From Nitrosopumilaceae archaeon (GTDB lineage Archaea; Thermoproteota; Nitrososphaeria; Nitrososphaerales; Nitrosopumilaceae): a DNA stretch of 64,000 nucleotides. Where the stretch lies: positions 928,001 to 992,000 of the forward strand of contig CBDBCR010000001.1 in NCBI GenBank assembly GCA_965203465.1, given 5' to 3'. Shown here piece by piece: positions 9,973 to 19,452 of the stretch. How positions within the stretch are numbered: the stretch's first letter is position 1; each line of letters opens with the position of its first letter. The notes beneath the pieces were generated by a model that saw only the letters and a program-made list of their open reading frames with translations, was not told the DNA's origin and made no database searches. A program made the position numbers and the translations under genes.

Positions 9973-11127
9973 GTGCAGATAGGTCTGATAGGCAAGGCCA
10001 ACGTCGGCAAGTCCACGCTGTTCTCTGCCGCCACGCACACCGACGTGCCGACGGGCAACTTTCCGTTCACCACGATAAAGCCCAACGTGGGAATGGCGTA
10101 CGTGACGGCCCCCTGCCCGTGCAAGGAGCTGGGCGTGGAGCACGACATACCGCACTGCGTCTCGGGCAAGCGGCTCATACCGGTAAAGCTGATAGACGTG
10201 GCAGGCCTGGTGCCCGGCGCCCACGAGGGCCGCGGCCTCGGCAACCAGTTCCTCGACGACGCGAGGCAGGCAGACGCGCTCGTGCACGTGGTCGACGCTG
10301 CCGGCGCGACCGACGAAGACGGGCAGCCCGTCGCCCCCGGCACGCGCGATCCGGCCAAAGACGTCGAGTTCGTCGTATCGGAGTTCGACATGTGGTTCCT
10401 CGGGATACTCGAAAAGGACTGGCAAAAGCTCTGCAAGGAGGCCGAGCGCGGCAGGCCCGAGCTGGCGCTCCACTCGCGCTTCGCGGGGCTGGGCATATCG
10501 GAGGGGCAGGTGGCCGGCGCGGCGCAAGGGGCGCCGGCGCGCCTCTCGGACTGGTCCGGCGGGGACAGGAAAGGCTTCGCGGCCCGGCTGCGGCGGGCCT
10601 CCAAGCCGGTGCTGACCGTAGCCAACAAGGCCGACATGTGCCCGGGCGTGCCTGACTGGGCGGTGCCGTGCAGCGCAGAGACCGAGCTTGCACTGGTGCG
10701 CGCCGCGTCTGCCGGCATGGTCGCTTACGCGCCCGGCTCTGATTCGTTCGCGGTCACGGCCGGCCCCGAGGCGGGGGAGGATCAGAAGATGGCTCTGGAG
10801 GCCATGGCCGCGACCGTCAAAAAGCTTGGCGGCACCGGCGTGCGCCGTGCACTCAACGAGGCCGTCTTCGGGCTGCTCGGGATGGTGCCCGTGTACCCGG
10901 TCGAGGACGAATCGCGCCTGTGCGACCGCGCCGGCACGGTCCTGCCCGACGCAAAGCTGATGCGGCCCGGCTCGACCGCGCGCGATCTCGCCGGCGCGGT
11001 CCACGCCGACTTGGCAAAGGGCTTCCTGTACGCGACGGACTGCCGGACCCGGCAGAGGATAGGAGCCGACAAGGAGCTGTCCGCCGGCGACGTCGTGCGC
11101 GCCGTCTCGGCGTCGGCGAGGGGATGA
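9973..11127 (+). CDS. ychF: YchF/OLA1-family Obg-like ATPase/GTPase with TGS domain
   Basis: GLIGKANVGKST, NFPFTTI.PN, DVAGLVPGAHEGRGLGNQFL, ANKAD. Confidence 0.93.
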   Translation: MQIGLIGKANVGKSTLFSAATHTDVPTGNFPFTTIKPNVGMAYVTAPCPCKELGVEHDIPHCVSGKRLIPVKLIDVAGLVPGAHEGRGLGNQFLDDARQADALVHVVDAAGATDEDGQPVAPGTRDPAKDVEFVVSEFDMWFLGILEKDWQKLCKEAERGRPELALHSRFAGLGISEGQVAGAAQGAPARLSDWSGGDRKGFAARLRRASKPVLTVANKADMCPGVPDWAVPCSAETELALVRAASAGMVAYAPGSDSFAVTAGPEAGEDQKMALEAMAATVKKLGGTGVRRALNEAVFGLLGMVPVYPVEDESRLCDRAGTVLPDAKLMRPGSTARDLAGAVHADLAKGFLYATDCRTRQRIGADKELSAGDVVRAVSASARG

Positions 11128-11128
11128 C

Positions 11129-12130
11129 ATGCTGGTGCTCGGCATAGAGAGCACCGCGCACACGTTCTCGTGCGCCGTGGTGCGCGGCACGCCGCAAAAG
11201 GCGCGCATACTCTCGGACGTGCGCGACGTATACGGGCCGCCCGACGGCCACGGCATACACCCGCGCGAGGCCTCGCGCCACCACGCCGACTGCGCGCCGC
11301 GCGTGCTGTCCGAGGCGCTCGCCTCTGCCCGCGTGCGCGCGCCCGATCTCGACGCGGTCTCGTACTCTGCCGGGCCGGGCCTCGGCCCCTGCCTGCGCGT
11401 GGGCGCCGTGGTGGCGCGCTCGCTGGCCTCGTACCACCGCAAAAATCTGTACCCAGTAAACCACGCCGTCGGCCACCTGGAGCTGGGCCGCCTGCTGACC
11501 GGCGCTTCCGATCCCTTGGTGCTGCTCGTCTCGGGCGGGCACACCATGCTGCTGGCCTTTTCGGGGGGGCAGTGGCGCGTGTTCGGAGAGACGCTCGACA
11601 TCACGCTCGGCCAGCTGCTCGACCAGTTCGGCAGATCGCTGGGGCTGGCCTCGCCGTGCGGCGCCTCGATAGAAAGGATGGCCTCGCGCTCGTCGGAGTA
11701 CGTCCAGCTGCCCTATACCGTAAAGGGCAACGACGTCTCGTTTTCGGGCCTGCTCTCGGCGGCAAAGGAGGCGGCAAAGGGGGCGCGCGGCTCTGCGTGC
11801 TATTCGCTGCAGGAGACCGCCTTTGCCATGGTCTCCGAGACCGTCGAGAGGGCCCTGGCATTCACCGGCAAGAAGGAACTGATGGTCGTCGGCGGGGTCG
11901 CGGCCAACAGGCGGCTGGCCGGCATGCTGCGCGGCGTGTGCCGGCGGCAGGGCGCGCGCCTGCGCGCGGTCCCCGTCCGGTACGCGGGCGACTGCGGCTC
12001 GCAGATAGCCTGGACCGGCCTGCTGGAATCGGGGGCCGGGCCCGGCGTGGACGCTGCCGGCGCGTTCGTGCGCCAGTCGTGGAGGATAGACTCGGTCCCG
12101 ATACGCTACGCGTCCCCGATGGCGTCCTGA
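11129..12130 (+). CDS. kae1: KEOPS t6A synthase Kae1
   Basis: LGIESTAHT, GIHPREASRHH, GPGLGPCL, VNHAVGHLE, SGGHT, ETLD, GGVAAN. Confidence 0.96.
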   Translation: MLVLGIESTAHTFSCAVVRGTPQKARILSDVRDVYGPPDGHGIHPREASRHHADCAPRVLSEALASARVRAPDLDAVSYSAGPGLGPCLRVGAVVARSLASYHRKNLYPVNHAVGHLELGRLLTGASDPLVLLVSGGHTMLLAFSGGQWRVFGETLDITLGQLLDQFGRSLGLASPCGASIERMASRSSEYVQLPYTVKGNDVSFSGLLSAAKEAAKGARGSACYSLQETAFAMVSETVERALAFTGKKELMVVGGVAANRRLAGMLRGVCRRQGARLRAVPVRYAGDCGSQIAWTGLLESGAGPGVDAAGAFVRQSWRIDSVPIRYASPMAS

Positions 12131-12411
12131 ATGTCGTCGAGCCACGAGCCGGTGCCGAGCACGCCGAACTTGTAGGACTTGCCGCCCGCTTCTATGCAGA
12201 CTTTTTTCATCAGCCGGCCCTCCTTCCAGGTGCGCGTCACTTCCTTGAGCGGCACGTCGAGGGCCGTCTCGCCGAGCCTCTTGGTAAAGTCCATTATGCG
12301 CCCGCGCGACTTGTCGAAGGCGATGCGCCTGTTGGTCAGCGTGAGTATGCCCGAGCCCATCGAATCCTCCGAGCAGTCCTCCTGCCTTATGCGCCGCTCG
12401 CCCTCTTCCAC
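12106..12411 (-). CDS. Hypothetical protein (PH-like/GRAM-like fold possible)
   Basis: G.LTLTNRRIAF motif; 101-aa ORF. Confidence 0.65.
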   Translation of the reverse strand: MEEGERRIRQEDCSEDSMGSGILTLTNRRIAFDKSRGRIMDFTKRLGETALDVPLKEVTRTWKEGRLMKKVCIEAGGKSYKFGVLGTGSWLDDIQDAIGDA

Positions 12412-12520
12412 GGGCGCGGGGAGGCGCGTCGGAATTTTAGTCTTGGCTGCGGATCCGCCCGGCGCGATCCTGCGGGTATTTTAGCCCGCGACGATTATGC
12501 TTATAAAGGCGGGGGGCGAG

Positions 12521-13058
12521 ATGCAAAGCAGGCTGTGCGCGGGATCGCTTGCGGCGATCCTCTGACTGGCGGCGGCCGGCGCCGTATCGGAGGCGCACGC
12601 CACGAATCCTTCGGTGTCCAGCGTGGCTGTAAACGCCAACAACGACGGCACGTGGGCCGGCGTCCTGACCATAACCTTCAACACCCCGATGGAGGTACAG
12701 ACCCGCGAGGAGGACGCGCTGGGAAGATAGTGCTCAAGAGGGGTCTCGGCACCCCCCGCGAAACCTGCCGCGCGACCGGCTCTGACATGTAGTTCGACGG
12801 GAACGCGGTAAAGGTGTGCTATGCACCGTATGCCGAAAACATCATGCGGCGGATTGGACCTGCTTTTCTGACTCTACATAGCCGGCACGGCGCTGCAGTC
12901 CGCAGACACCCAGACGGCCCTCCCGCAGTACGGGATACCCTACGAGTACTCGACAAACCCGCCGAGGATTACACCAGTCGACGACGAGAAAGCCGCAGAT
13001 CGCCAGCCTCACGCTGGACAAGGCAAGCGGGGTGCTGTACATGAGAAGTCATGCGTAA
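12521..13058 (+). pseudogene. Decayed secreted/surface repeat protein
   Basis: TTATAAA at 12501; ATG 12521 reads MQSRLCAGSLAAIL*LAAAGAVSEAHA-TNPSVSSVAV...GVLTITFN (signal peptide, internal TGA, frameshifts); a second similar unit KPQIASLTLDKASGVLYM lies just before the IS remnant. Confidence 0.5.
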
Positions 13059-13210
13059 TCCCACGGAGTCCGGCCCCGGGCCGGCGCGCAGCGCCGCTAC
13101 ATATGCATGAATATTGATAATATTGCGCGGACAGCGCAGGGTCGGCAAAGGCGCGCGCGGCGACGGCCTTGAGGGAGTTTCTGCCCTTCTGCCGCTCTTC
13201 GCGGCCGCAG

Positions 13211-13630
13211 TTAGCGGCTGCGCGCCGTCTTGGGCCCGGGCTTCTTGCCCTTGCGGTGTGTGTTGCTCTTGTCCGGCGAGCCGGTGAGCAGGTGCAGGTT
13301 CACCAGCCAGGTGGCCACGATCAGATCCCTCCTCGCGGTTTTCTTGGGGCGGCGCACCCGGTGCCGCAGCCGAGCGAACGTCTTGATCCTGCGGTTGGCG
13401 TGCTCTATCTTGACGCGCCTGCGGTTCACCCGGCGGTTGTGCGCCTTGGCCTTCTTGGTCTTGCTCTCGGCCCGGGTCAGCGGCATCTTTATGACGGCTC
13501 CGGGGTGGTCCTTCTCCAGGCCCCTGTACACCTTGTCCACCAGTTCGGTTATCGTCATGGCGTCGCTCTTCCCCTCTAGGCACCTGGTGACCGGGCCCAG
13601 GTCGGCCCCCGATTCGCGCAAAACGGTCAT
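13211..13630 (-). mobile_element. IS5-family (DDE_Tnp_4-like) transposase remnant, C-terminal part only
   Basis: DKVYRG (degenerate DxGY), HNRRVNRRRVKIEHANRRIKTFARLR, LVNLHL; N-terminal DDE half missing. Confidence 0.75.
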
Positions 13631-13982
13631 GGCCGGCGAGGACGGCGCGCTGTACCGGCTCTCGCCGGGCGGCCTCTACGAGCCGCTGCGCAACATGTCC
13701 TAGCTGTTCCACAGCATAGACGAGTCAATGTACACGTACCGCGGGACCCCCATGCAGGGCTACAAGTCGGACCCCGAATTCGCCGACGCGCTCGAGGAGC
13801 AGATGCGGCTCGCAAAGGCGGTCCTCGAGAGGATGAACCTGGGGAGGCAGGGCTGGCACGAGGGCTTTGAAGAATCAGAGCCGTCGGTCCACGCGGCCAT
13901 CGACAGGACGGAGCGGCTCCAGGACAGTTTGCGGCTAGAGCGCGAGCGCGCCGAGCGCACGTTCCTGGACAGGTACGGCTAG
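13629..13982 (+). pseudogene. Hypothetical protein with in-frame TAG at 13701-13703
   Basis: ATG 13629 is in frame with ORF 13728-13982 across a single TAG. Confidence 0.4.
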
Positions 13983-14052
13983 ATGGACCGGCCCGAGTAT
14001 GCCCGGGTTTTTTTACGAAGGGTTATAATCGCGCCCGCGGGGGCCCGGGGGA

Positions 14053-14298
14053 GTGGAGTACGACGTCAGCGTTGTCATCGAGAACCGGCCCGAGATCGCC
14101 GACCCGGAGGGCAAGACCATACTCGACGACCTGATCTTGCGCGGCGGCGTAAAGTCCGTAAAAAAGATACGCACGGCGAAGGTGATCCGCTTCCGCGTGA
14201 GCGCGCGCAGCAGGGACGCGGCCCGCAGGGAGGTCGAGGGGATATGCGAGCGCCTCCGCATATACAACCCGCTGGTCAGCACCGCGGAGATCACGTAG
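14053..14298 (+). CDS. purS: Phosphoribosylformylglycinamidine synthase subunit PurS
   Basis: V.IENRPEIADPEGKTI...IRTAK...CERL.IYNP. Confidence 0.9.
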   Translation: MEYDVSVVIENRPEIADPEGKTILDDLILRGGVKSVKKIRTAKVIRFRVSARSRDAARREVEGICERLRIYNPLVSTAEIT

Positions 14299-14899
14299 CC
14301 GCTGTGTGCAGGGCCGCGTTCTTTGCCGACATCTCCGCGGTCATCGGATCCGCGGCGAACGCGACTATCAGCACGTCCCCCCCGCGCGGCTTGGCGGCAA
14401 GGGCGGCGAGCACGCCGGGCCTGCCCTCCAGCGCGTCGCGCCGCTCGCCCGGAAACGAAAAAACACCGTCGCGGTACACGAGCGTCAGGGCCGCCGAGGC
14501 CCCGCACACCACGGCCATGTCCCTCTGCTCTATGCCGGATCTTACGTTGCCCGCGCGCCCCCTGACCAGGACCGCGTGCCCGGCCCCGTCGCCGGGCGCA
14601 GGCTCCAGGGGGGTCTCGGCGGGCATCGCGCAGTCTATCTCCTCGGCCACGCCCGACCCCTTTTCGGTCAGGAACGTGCCGGCCCTCACCGAATCGGCCA
14701 TGCCGGACTCGCGCAGGTGGCCAACGAGCGTCTTTACGGCGCCCTCGCCCATCTGCAGGCCATCGCAGAACGCGGCCCTGCTGACGTACTTTTGGCGGTG
14801 CATCATCTGCACGGCTTTCAGCACGTGGGGCACGCCGAACGTGAGCGTCTTGCCCGATCCCTTGCGGCGGGCCACCGCGCGCAGCGCCTCTACGTCCAC
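14291..14899 (-). CDS. Winged-HTH protein (DUF4443-like)
   Basis: SRAAFCDGLQMGEGAVKTLVGHL HTH, GTFLTEKG, GIEQRD.AV..GA. Confidence 0.7.
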   Translation of the reverse strand: MDVEALRAVARRKGSGKTLTFGVPHVLKAVQMMHRQKYVSRAAFCDGLQMGEGAVKTLVGHLRESGMADSVRAGTFLTEKGSGVAEEIDCAMPAETPLEPAPGDGAGHAVLVRGRAGNVRSGIEQRDMAVVCGASAALTLVYRDGVFSFPGERRDALEGRPGVLAALAAKPRGGDVLIVAFAADPMTAEMSAKNAALHTAAT

Positions 14900-14950
14900 G
14901 GCTACGCGCCGCAGAACGTGGTATTTAATTTGGACAATTTGGCCAGCATC

Positions 14951-14958
14951 TTTAAATA
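14951..14958 (+). promoter_or_regulatory. TATA box of cbtBA
   Basis: TTTAAATA about 22 nt upstream of ATG 14980. Confidence 0.55.
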
Positions 14959-14979
14959 CGCGCCGAAATTCGCCCGCCC

Positions 14980-15183
14980 ATGCTAAAGACGCTCCAGACC
15001 GGGCGCGCTCGGCCGCTTGCCGCGCCGCTCGCGGTTCTCTCGATCATTTTCGCGCTGACGCTGTTCGTGGCCGGCTTCGACAACGGGCAGCTGGCCGCGG
15101 CATTCGTACCCGGCTCGGATCCGCAGGTTCTCCACGAGCTGACACACGACCTGCGCCACGCGGCGGGCCTTCCATGCCACTAG
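14980..15183 (+). CDS. cbtB: Cobalt transporter subunit CbtB
   Basis: One TM helix and C-terminal LHELTHDLRHAAGLPCH signature. Confidence 0.92.
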   Translation: MLKTLQTGRARPLAAPLAVLSIIFALTLFVAGFDNGQLAAAFVPGSDPQVLHELTHDLRHAAGLPCH

Positions 15184-15881
15184 CCGCGCGGCCTTGGCTG
15201 ATCGTGGCCGTGGCGCTGGCCGCCGGCGCGGCGGGCGGGCTCGTCCACGCGGGAGCCGGCGCGGCCTTTACGGGCCCGTACATCGAGGCTGCCATAGGCC
15301 TCGAGACGCAGATGATGCTCGAATCGGGGGAGCAGTCGCCCGAATTCTGGGAATCGCTCGAGTCGTACCGGGCCTGGCAGAGGCAGGGGTACGTGCTGGC
15401 CTCGGTGCTGTACGGCGTATCGATGGCCTCGCTGTTCTGCATAGTGTACGCGCTCTGGCGCGGCCCCAAGCCTGGCGGCGCGCTGGGCGGCGCCGTGCTG
15501 CTCGGTATCGTCATGTGGGGGGCCGTCTTTATGGTGCCGTTCCTAAAGTATCCTGCCACCCTGCCCGGCGTCGGTGATCCGGAGACCATCGGCGCGCGCA
15601 CCCTGCTGTACGTCTCGTTCGTGGCAGTCTCTGGCGCATCGGCGCTGGCCGCGTGGCTCGCGTCGGGCCGCGCAGGCAGGGCGCGCCTGCCGGCGGCCGC
15701 CGCCGGATACGCCGCCGCGATGGCCGCCGCGTTCGCGCTCTTTCCGGCAGTGCCGGCGTCCGGGCTCCCGCAGGATCTGGTGGACGGGTTCAGGGCCTCG
15801 TCGGCCGTCGGGGTCCTTGCGCTCTGGGTGTCGATGCCTGCCGTCGCCGGGTTGCTGTGGGGGAGGCTCGGCGCACGGTGA
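15174..15881 (+). CDS. cbtA: Cobalt transporter subunit CbtA
   Basis: Multi-TM; PYIEAAIGLE, VPFLKYPATLPGVGDPETIGART; directly follows cbtB. Confidence 0.9.
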   Translation: MPLAARPWLIVAVALAAGAAGGLVHAGAGAAFTGPYIEAAIGLETQMMLESGEQSPEFWESLESYRAWQRQGYVLASVLYGVSMASLFCIVYALWRGPKPGGALGGAVLLGIVMWGAVFMVPFLKYPATLPGVGDPETIGARTLLYVSFVAVSGASALAAWLASGRAGRARLPAAAAGYAAAMAAAFALFPAVPASGLPQDLVDGFRASSAVGVLALWVSMPAVAGLLWGRLGAR

Positions 15882-15951
15882 TGTTCTATCTTTCTAGAAA
15901 AAGTAACCGGCTATGCATCGTTTAAATAATCGCGATGCGGCCGGCAGCCGG

Positions 15952-16281
15952 ATGGCCAAAAAATACACCCTGCCCCAGCTCAAAAAGTACGACGTCAACC
16001 AAAAGGTCATCAACATCCTGGCCGATCCCGAATCGCGCTCCATACTCTTCTCGACCATACGCAAGGCAAAGCACGCGTCCGAGCTGTCCACGTCGCTGCG
16101 CATACCGCTCAGTTCCGTCTACAAGAAACTGGGGGATCTCGAGGCGCTCCACCTGATAAAGTCCGAAAAACTGGTCGTCTCCGATCAGGGCCGCAGATTC
16201 CGCGTGTACAGGAGCAGGGTGAGCGGCGCCGAGATACACATCAAAAAGCCCGAGCCGGTCCTGTACTTGGCGCCAAACTGA
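15952..16281 (+). CDS. ArsR-like winged-HTH transcription regulator
   Basis: LADPESRSIL...ASELSTSLRIPLSSVYKKLGDLE...GRRFRVYRS. Confidence 0.85.
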   Translation: MAKKYTLPQLKKYDVNQKVINILADPESRSILFSTIRKAKHASELSTSLRIPLSSVYKKLGDLEALHLIKSEKLVVSDQGRRFRVYRSRVSGAEIHIKKPEPVLYLAPN

Positions 16282-16282
16282 C

Positions 16283-16609
16283 ATGGCCAAGCCCCGCATA
16301 CTGCAGCTCGGAGAGGTCGATGTCACGCAGCGCATCATAGAGACGCTGGCCAACGTGTGCGCCCGGGCGGTGCTCTTTTCGACAAAGTCGGGCGCGAGGG
16401 ACGCGGCGAGCATAGCGGGCGAGCTGGGCATATCGCAGTCGACCGCCTACAAGACGCTCGCGGGGCTTGAGGACTTGGCGCTCGTCGAGGTCGAGCGGTT
16501 CTCGATGTCCGACGGCAAAAAGACAAAACTGTACAGGAGCCGCATAAGCCGGGCCGAGATAACGATGGACGGGGGCGAGCCGGCGCTCTCGCTGTACCCC
16601 AACCAGTAG
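16283..16609 (+). CDS. ArsR-like winged-HTH transcription regulator (paralogue of the upstream gene)
   Basis: AASIAGELGISQSTAYKTLAGLE...GKKTKLYRSRI. Confidence 0.85.
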   Translation: MAKPRILQLGEVDVTQRIIETLANVCARAVLFSTKSGARDAASIAGELGISQSTAYKTLAGLEDLALVEVERFSMSDGKKTKLYRSRISRAEITMDGGEPALSLYPNQ

Positions 16610-16688
16610 GGCCCGGAAAAGCACAGCCGCCCGAACGGAATTCATCTTTAAGTATGGGGCGCTGCGGGCAGGCGCCGTGGCAGGTTAC

Positions 16689-17434
16689 ATGGACGCTGCG
16701 ATTGCCGTACTGTCCGAGGCGGGCAAGGCACTTCGTATAGACGAGATTACAAAGCGAGCAATAGACTTGGGCTACATCAAACCCAAAGGCAAGACTCCTA
16801 TCTCTACCATGGGTGCAGTCATCTATAGAGATGTCAAAAGGTTTGGCGAGAATTCGAAATTTGAGAAGGCGGACAGCTCCACATTCAAACTGCGCCAACC
16901 GCTCCCCGCAAAGCCGACCGTTCCTAGGGTGGACGGTGTGGATCCCGAGCAGACAGACGATGGGAAACACGGGGGCTTTGAGGAACCAAACACGGAAAAC
17001 AACTCAATGCACACTCAGAAGATGGGCAAGGCGGGCGAGTACCGAGTCATGAGCGAGCTGCTCTTGCGGGGATACAGTGCCAATTTTGTCGAACCCGACG
17101 ACGGCGTGGACATATCTGGGAGGAACAGCAGATCTCAGTTTGAGATACAGGTAAAGACGGCCACCAGAAAAAACGACAATTACATCACGACGATAAAAAA
17201 GAGGCCGTTTGAAAGCAAACACGGCCCGCAGATGTACTATGTATTCGTGCTGCGGGATCCGGACAACAGGCTTGACTTTGTCACACTTTCGTCCAAAGAC
17301 ATACGAAAACGTCTACGCAACGGAGACATGACCGAAAACAAAGCCGGATACCAAGCACGTTTTTCTAAAAAGGCGATAAGGTGTTCTTGGGCCAGCACGA
17401 TGTGACGCAGTACCGGCACGACTGGGACTTTTGA
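16689..17434 (+). CDS. HARE-HTH + PD-(D/E)XK endonuclease; 1-nt frameshift near 17370
   Basis: AAIAVLSEAGKAL...EITKRA...GKTPISTMGAVIYRD (HARE-HTH); GKAGEY.V.SELL.RG...DDGVDI...IQVKT (nuclease core); one extra A in the run at 17367-17371 gives FSKKGDKVFLGQHDVTQYRHDWDF*. Confidence 0.8.
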
Positions 17435-17556
17435 CGCTCCGCCATTTCGCGACCGTCGCTAAACAAACTCTATCACAGCTGCTGAACCTAGAACCGGACA
17501 GTGCGGCCAGATCTGGCCCCGCATCTCTTTTATTATCCCTCCCGGTGGGGCCGCGC

Positions 17557-17781
17557 ATGCCAGAAGAAAAAAAACTCGACGCGACGGGCCTGTTCTGCCC
17601 CGAGCCGGTGTTTCGGACAAAGATAGAGCTGGAGCGCATGCAGCCGGGGGACACGCTGGTGGTGACGGCCGACGATCCGGCCGCCGAGGACGACATCACC
17701 CGGTGGGCCTCGCGCAGCGGCCACAGGGTCTCGTCGGTGCAAAAGGACGGCGCAAAGGTCACCCTCTCGATAACCAAATGA
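17557..17781 (+). CDS. tusA: TusA/SirA-like sulfur carrier
   Basis: LDATGLFCPEP motif; ADDPAAEDDI.RW. Confidence 0.9.
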   Translation: MPEEKKLDATGLFCPEPVFRTKIELERMQPGDTLVVTADDPAAEDDITRWASRSGHRVSSVQKDGAKVTLSITK

Positions 17782-17782
17782 G

Positions 17783-18760
17783 CTACTCTGAAAGGTACCT
17801 GTCCACGTCGATGGCGGCCATGCATCCGTAGCCGGCAGCCGTGACAGCTTGCCTGTACCTGCGGTCGTGCACGTCGCCTGCCGCAAAGACGCCCTCGGCG
17901 CTCGTCTGCGAGCGCTCCTTTACCACCACGTAGCCGTCCTGGTCGGTCTCCACTTGGCCTGCAAAGAGGGCCGTGTTGGGCACGTGCCCGACGGCCACGA
18001 ACACGCCGCCCGCCTGGAGCGAGGTCTCCTGGCCGGTCTTCGTATCCTGCACGGTCAGGCTCTGCACCTTTTGGTCGCCGCTTATCCTGGTCACCACCGA
18101 GTTGAGGTGGAAGCGTATCTTTTCGTTGTCCAGCGCGCGCTCGTGCATTATGCGGCTCGCGCGCAGGCGGTCGCGCCTGTGGATTACGTGGACGGTGGTG
18201 GCAAACTTTGTCAGGAACAGGGCCTCCTCCATGGCGGAATCCCCGCCGCCTACCACGGCCATCTCTTGGCCGCGGAAGAACGGCCCGTCGCACGTGGCGC
18301 AGTACGAGACTCCCCTGCCGGCAAACTCTTTTTCCGATTCCAGGCCCAGCTTGCGCGGGCTCGCGCCGGTCGCGATGATGACGGCCCTGCCCTCGTACTC
18401 TTCGGAGGCGGTCAGCACCTTTAGCGGCCTGCGCCTAAAGTCGACGTTGACAGCCTCGTCGTCGATTATCTTGGCGCCCATGCGCTTGGTCTGCTCTTTC
18501 ATGTCCGTCATCAGGTCGGGCCCCATTATGCCCTCCTTGAAGCCCGGATAGTTTTCCACGTCCGTGGTGTTTATCAGCTGCCCGCCGGGCAATATGCCGG
18601 ACAGTATCAGGGTCTTGTACCCGGCCCTCGCGCAGTATATGCCGGCGGTGTACCCCGCGGGGCCGGCCCCAATTATGACCACGTCGTAGGAGGTCTGTCG
18701 TTCGGGCGGCTTTGGCGCCTGCACTTGGGCGGTCGCCTCCATGCCGCCGCCTGCCATCAT
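17783..18760 (-). CDS. trxB: Thioredoxin reductase
   Basis: IIGAGPAGYTA, ENYPGF, SYCATCDG, GGGDSAMEEA, VFAAGDV. Confidence 0.96.
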   Translation of the reverse strand: MMAGGGMEATAQVQAPKPPERQTSYDVVIIGAGPAGYTAGIYCARAGYKTLILSGILPGGQLINTTDVENYPGFKEGIMGPDLMTDMKEQTKRMGAKIIDDEAVNVDFRRRPLKVLTASEEYEGRAVIIATGASPRKLGLESEKEFAGRGVSYCATCDGPFFRGQEMAVVGGGDSAMEEALFLTKFATTVHVIHRRDRLRASRIMHERALDNEKIRFHLNSVVTRISGDQKVQSLTVQDTKTGQETSLQAGGVFVAVGHVPNTALFAGQVETDQDGYVVVKERSQTSAEGVFAAGDVHDRRYRQAVTAAGYGCMAAIDVDRYLSE

Positions 18761-18780
18761 GGGCGCGCGCGCCGGGTTGA

Positions 18781-19441
18781 TTAATTTAAACCTGACCTGA
18801 CCGCGCGCGCGCAGCGCCCGCACAGCCCGCGGCCTGCGAGGCGCAGCACCTCGGACTGCCAGCGCGCGTTGGACGCGGGGCATCGCCCGTCGCCGCAGAA
18901 CGGGCTCGCCGGTGGCCCAGTAGGCCGCTGCCTGCAGCACGTACGAGCACGCTATCGACGGCAGGCGTACGTCGCCCTCTTGCAGAAACCGGCCGCCCGG
19001 CGGCGGCAGGCCGGCAAGGCCGGCAGCGACGGCCCTCAGGTGGTACCCGCGCGGGCGGGCCGGCCCGTGCAGTATGCCGGGCACCGAGACCACGGCGGGG
19101 TTGGCGCATATCGTGGGCCTCGCGTGGTACCTCGCGTCCGCCTGATCGTAGGTGCAGCACAGCTTGCCGGTCAGCACGGCGTGCAGCTGCCCGGGGCCGC
19201 CCGGGCCCAGCCTGCGCGCGGCTTCCTGTACGGCAAAGCCGTCGAACGCGGCCGGCTCCTCGCCGCCTGTTGCCGGCCGCATCCGGGCCGGCGAGCCGTC
19301 AAAGATCAGGGGGCCGGCTTGGGGCAGGGGGGCGCTGCGGGCATCGCAAGCGGAGCCGCTCCTCCCAGAGACCAGATCCGAGACGCGGCCGATGTCGAGG
19401 CCGCTGCCGTCGTCGTGCAGGGTTATCTGTACCGGGTGCAT
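18781..19441 (-). CDS. Archaeal putative metallopeptidase-like protein (DUF6775-like); 1-nt frameshift near 18903
   Basis: FDGFAVQ, TYD..DARYHAR, NP.VVS.PGI..GPARP..Y, YVLQA..YW.TGEP; removing one base gives FCGDGRC...NARWQSE...LCGRC*. Confidence 0.7.
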
Positions 19442-19452
19442 TCGGCCGGATC

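Noticed and set aside
9532-12792. Long overlapping and antisense ORFs (e.g. 9532-11604, 11170-12792; many similar elsewhere)
   Set aside because: Arg/Ala/Gly/Pro-rich shadow frames expected in high-GC DNA opposite or overlapping well-supported genes.
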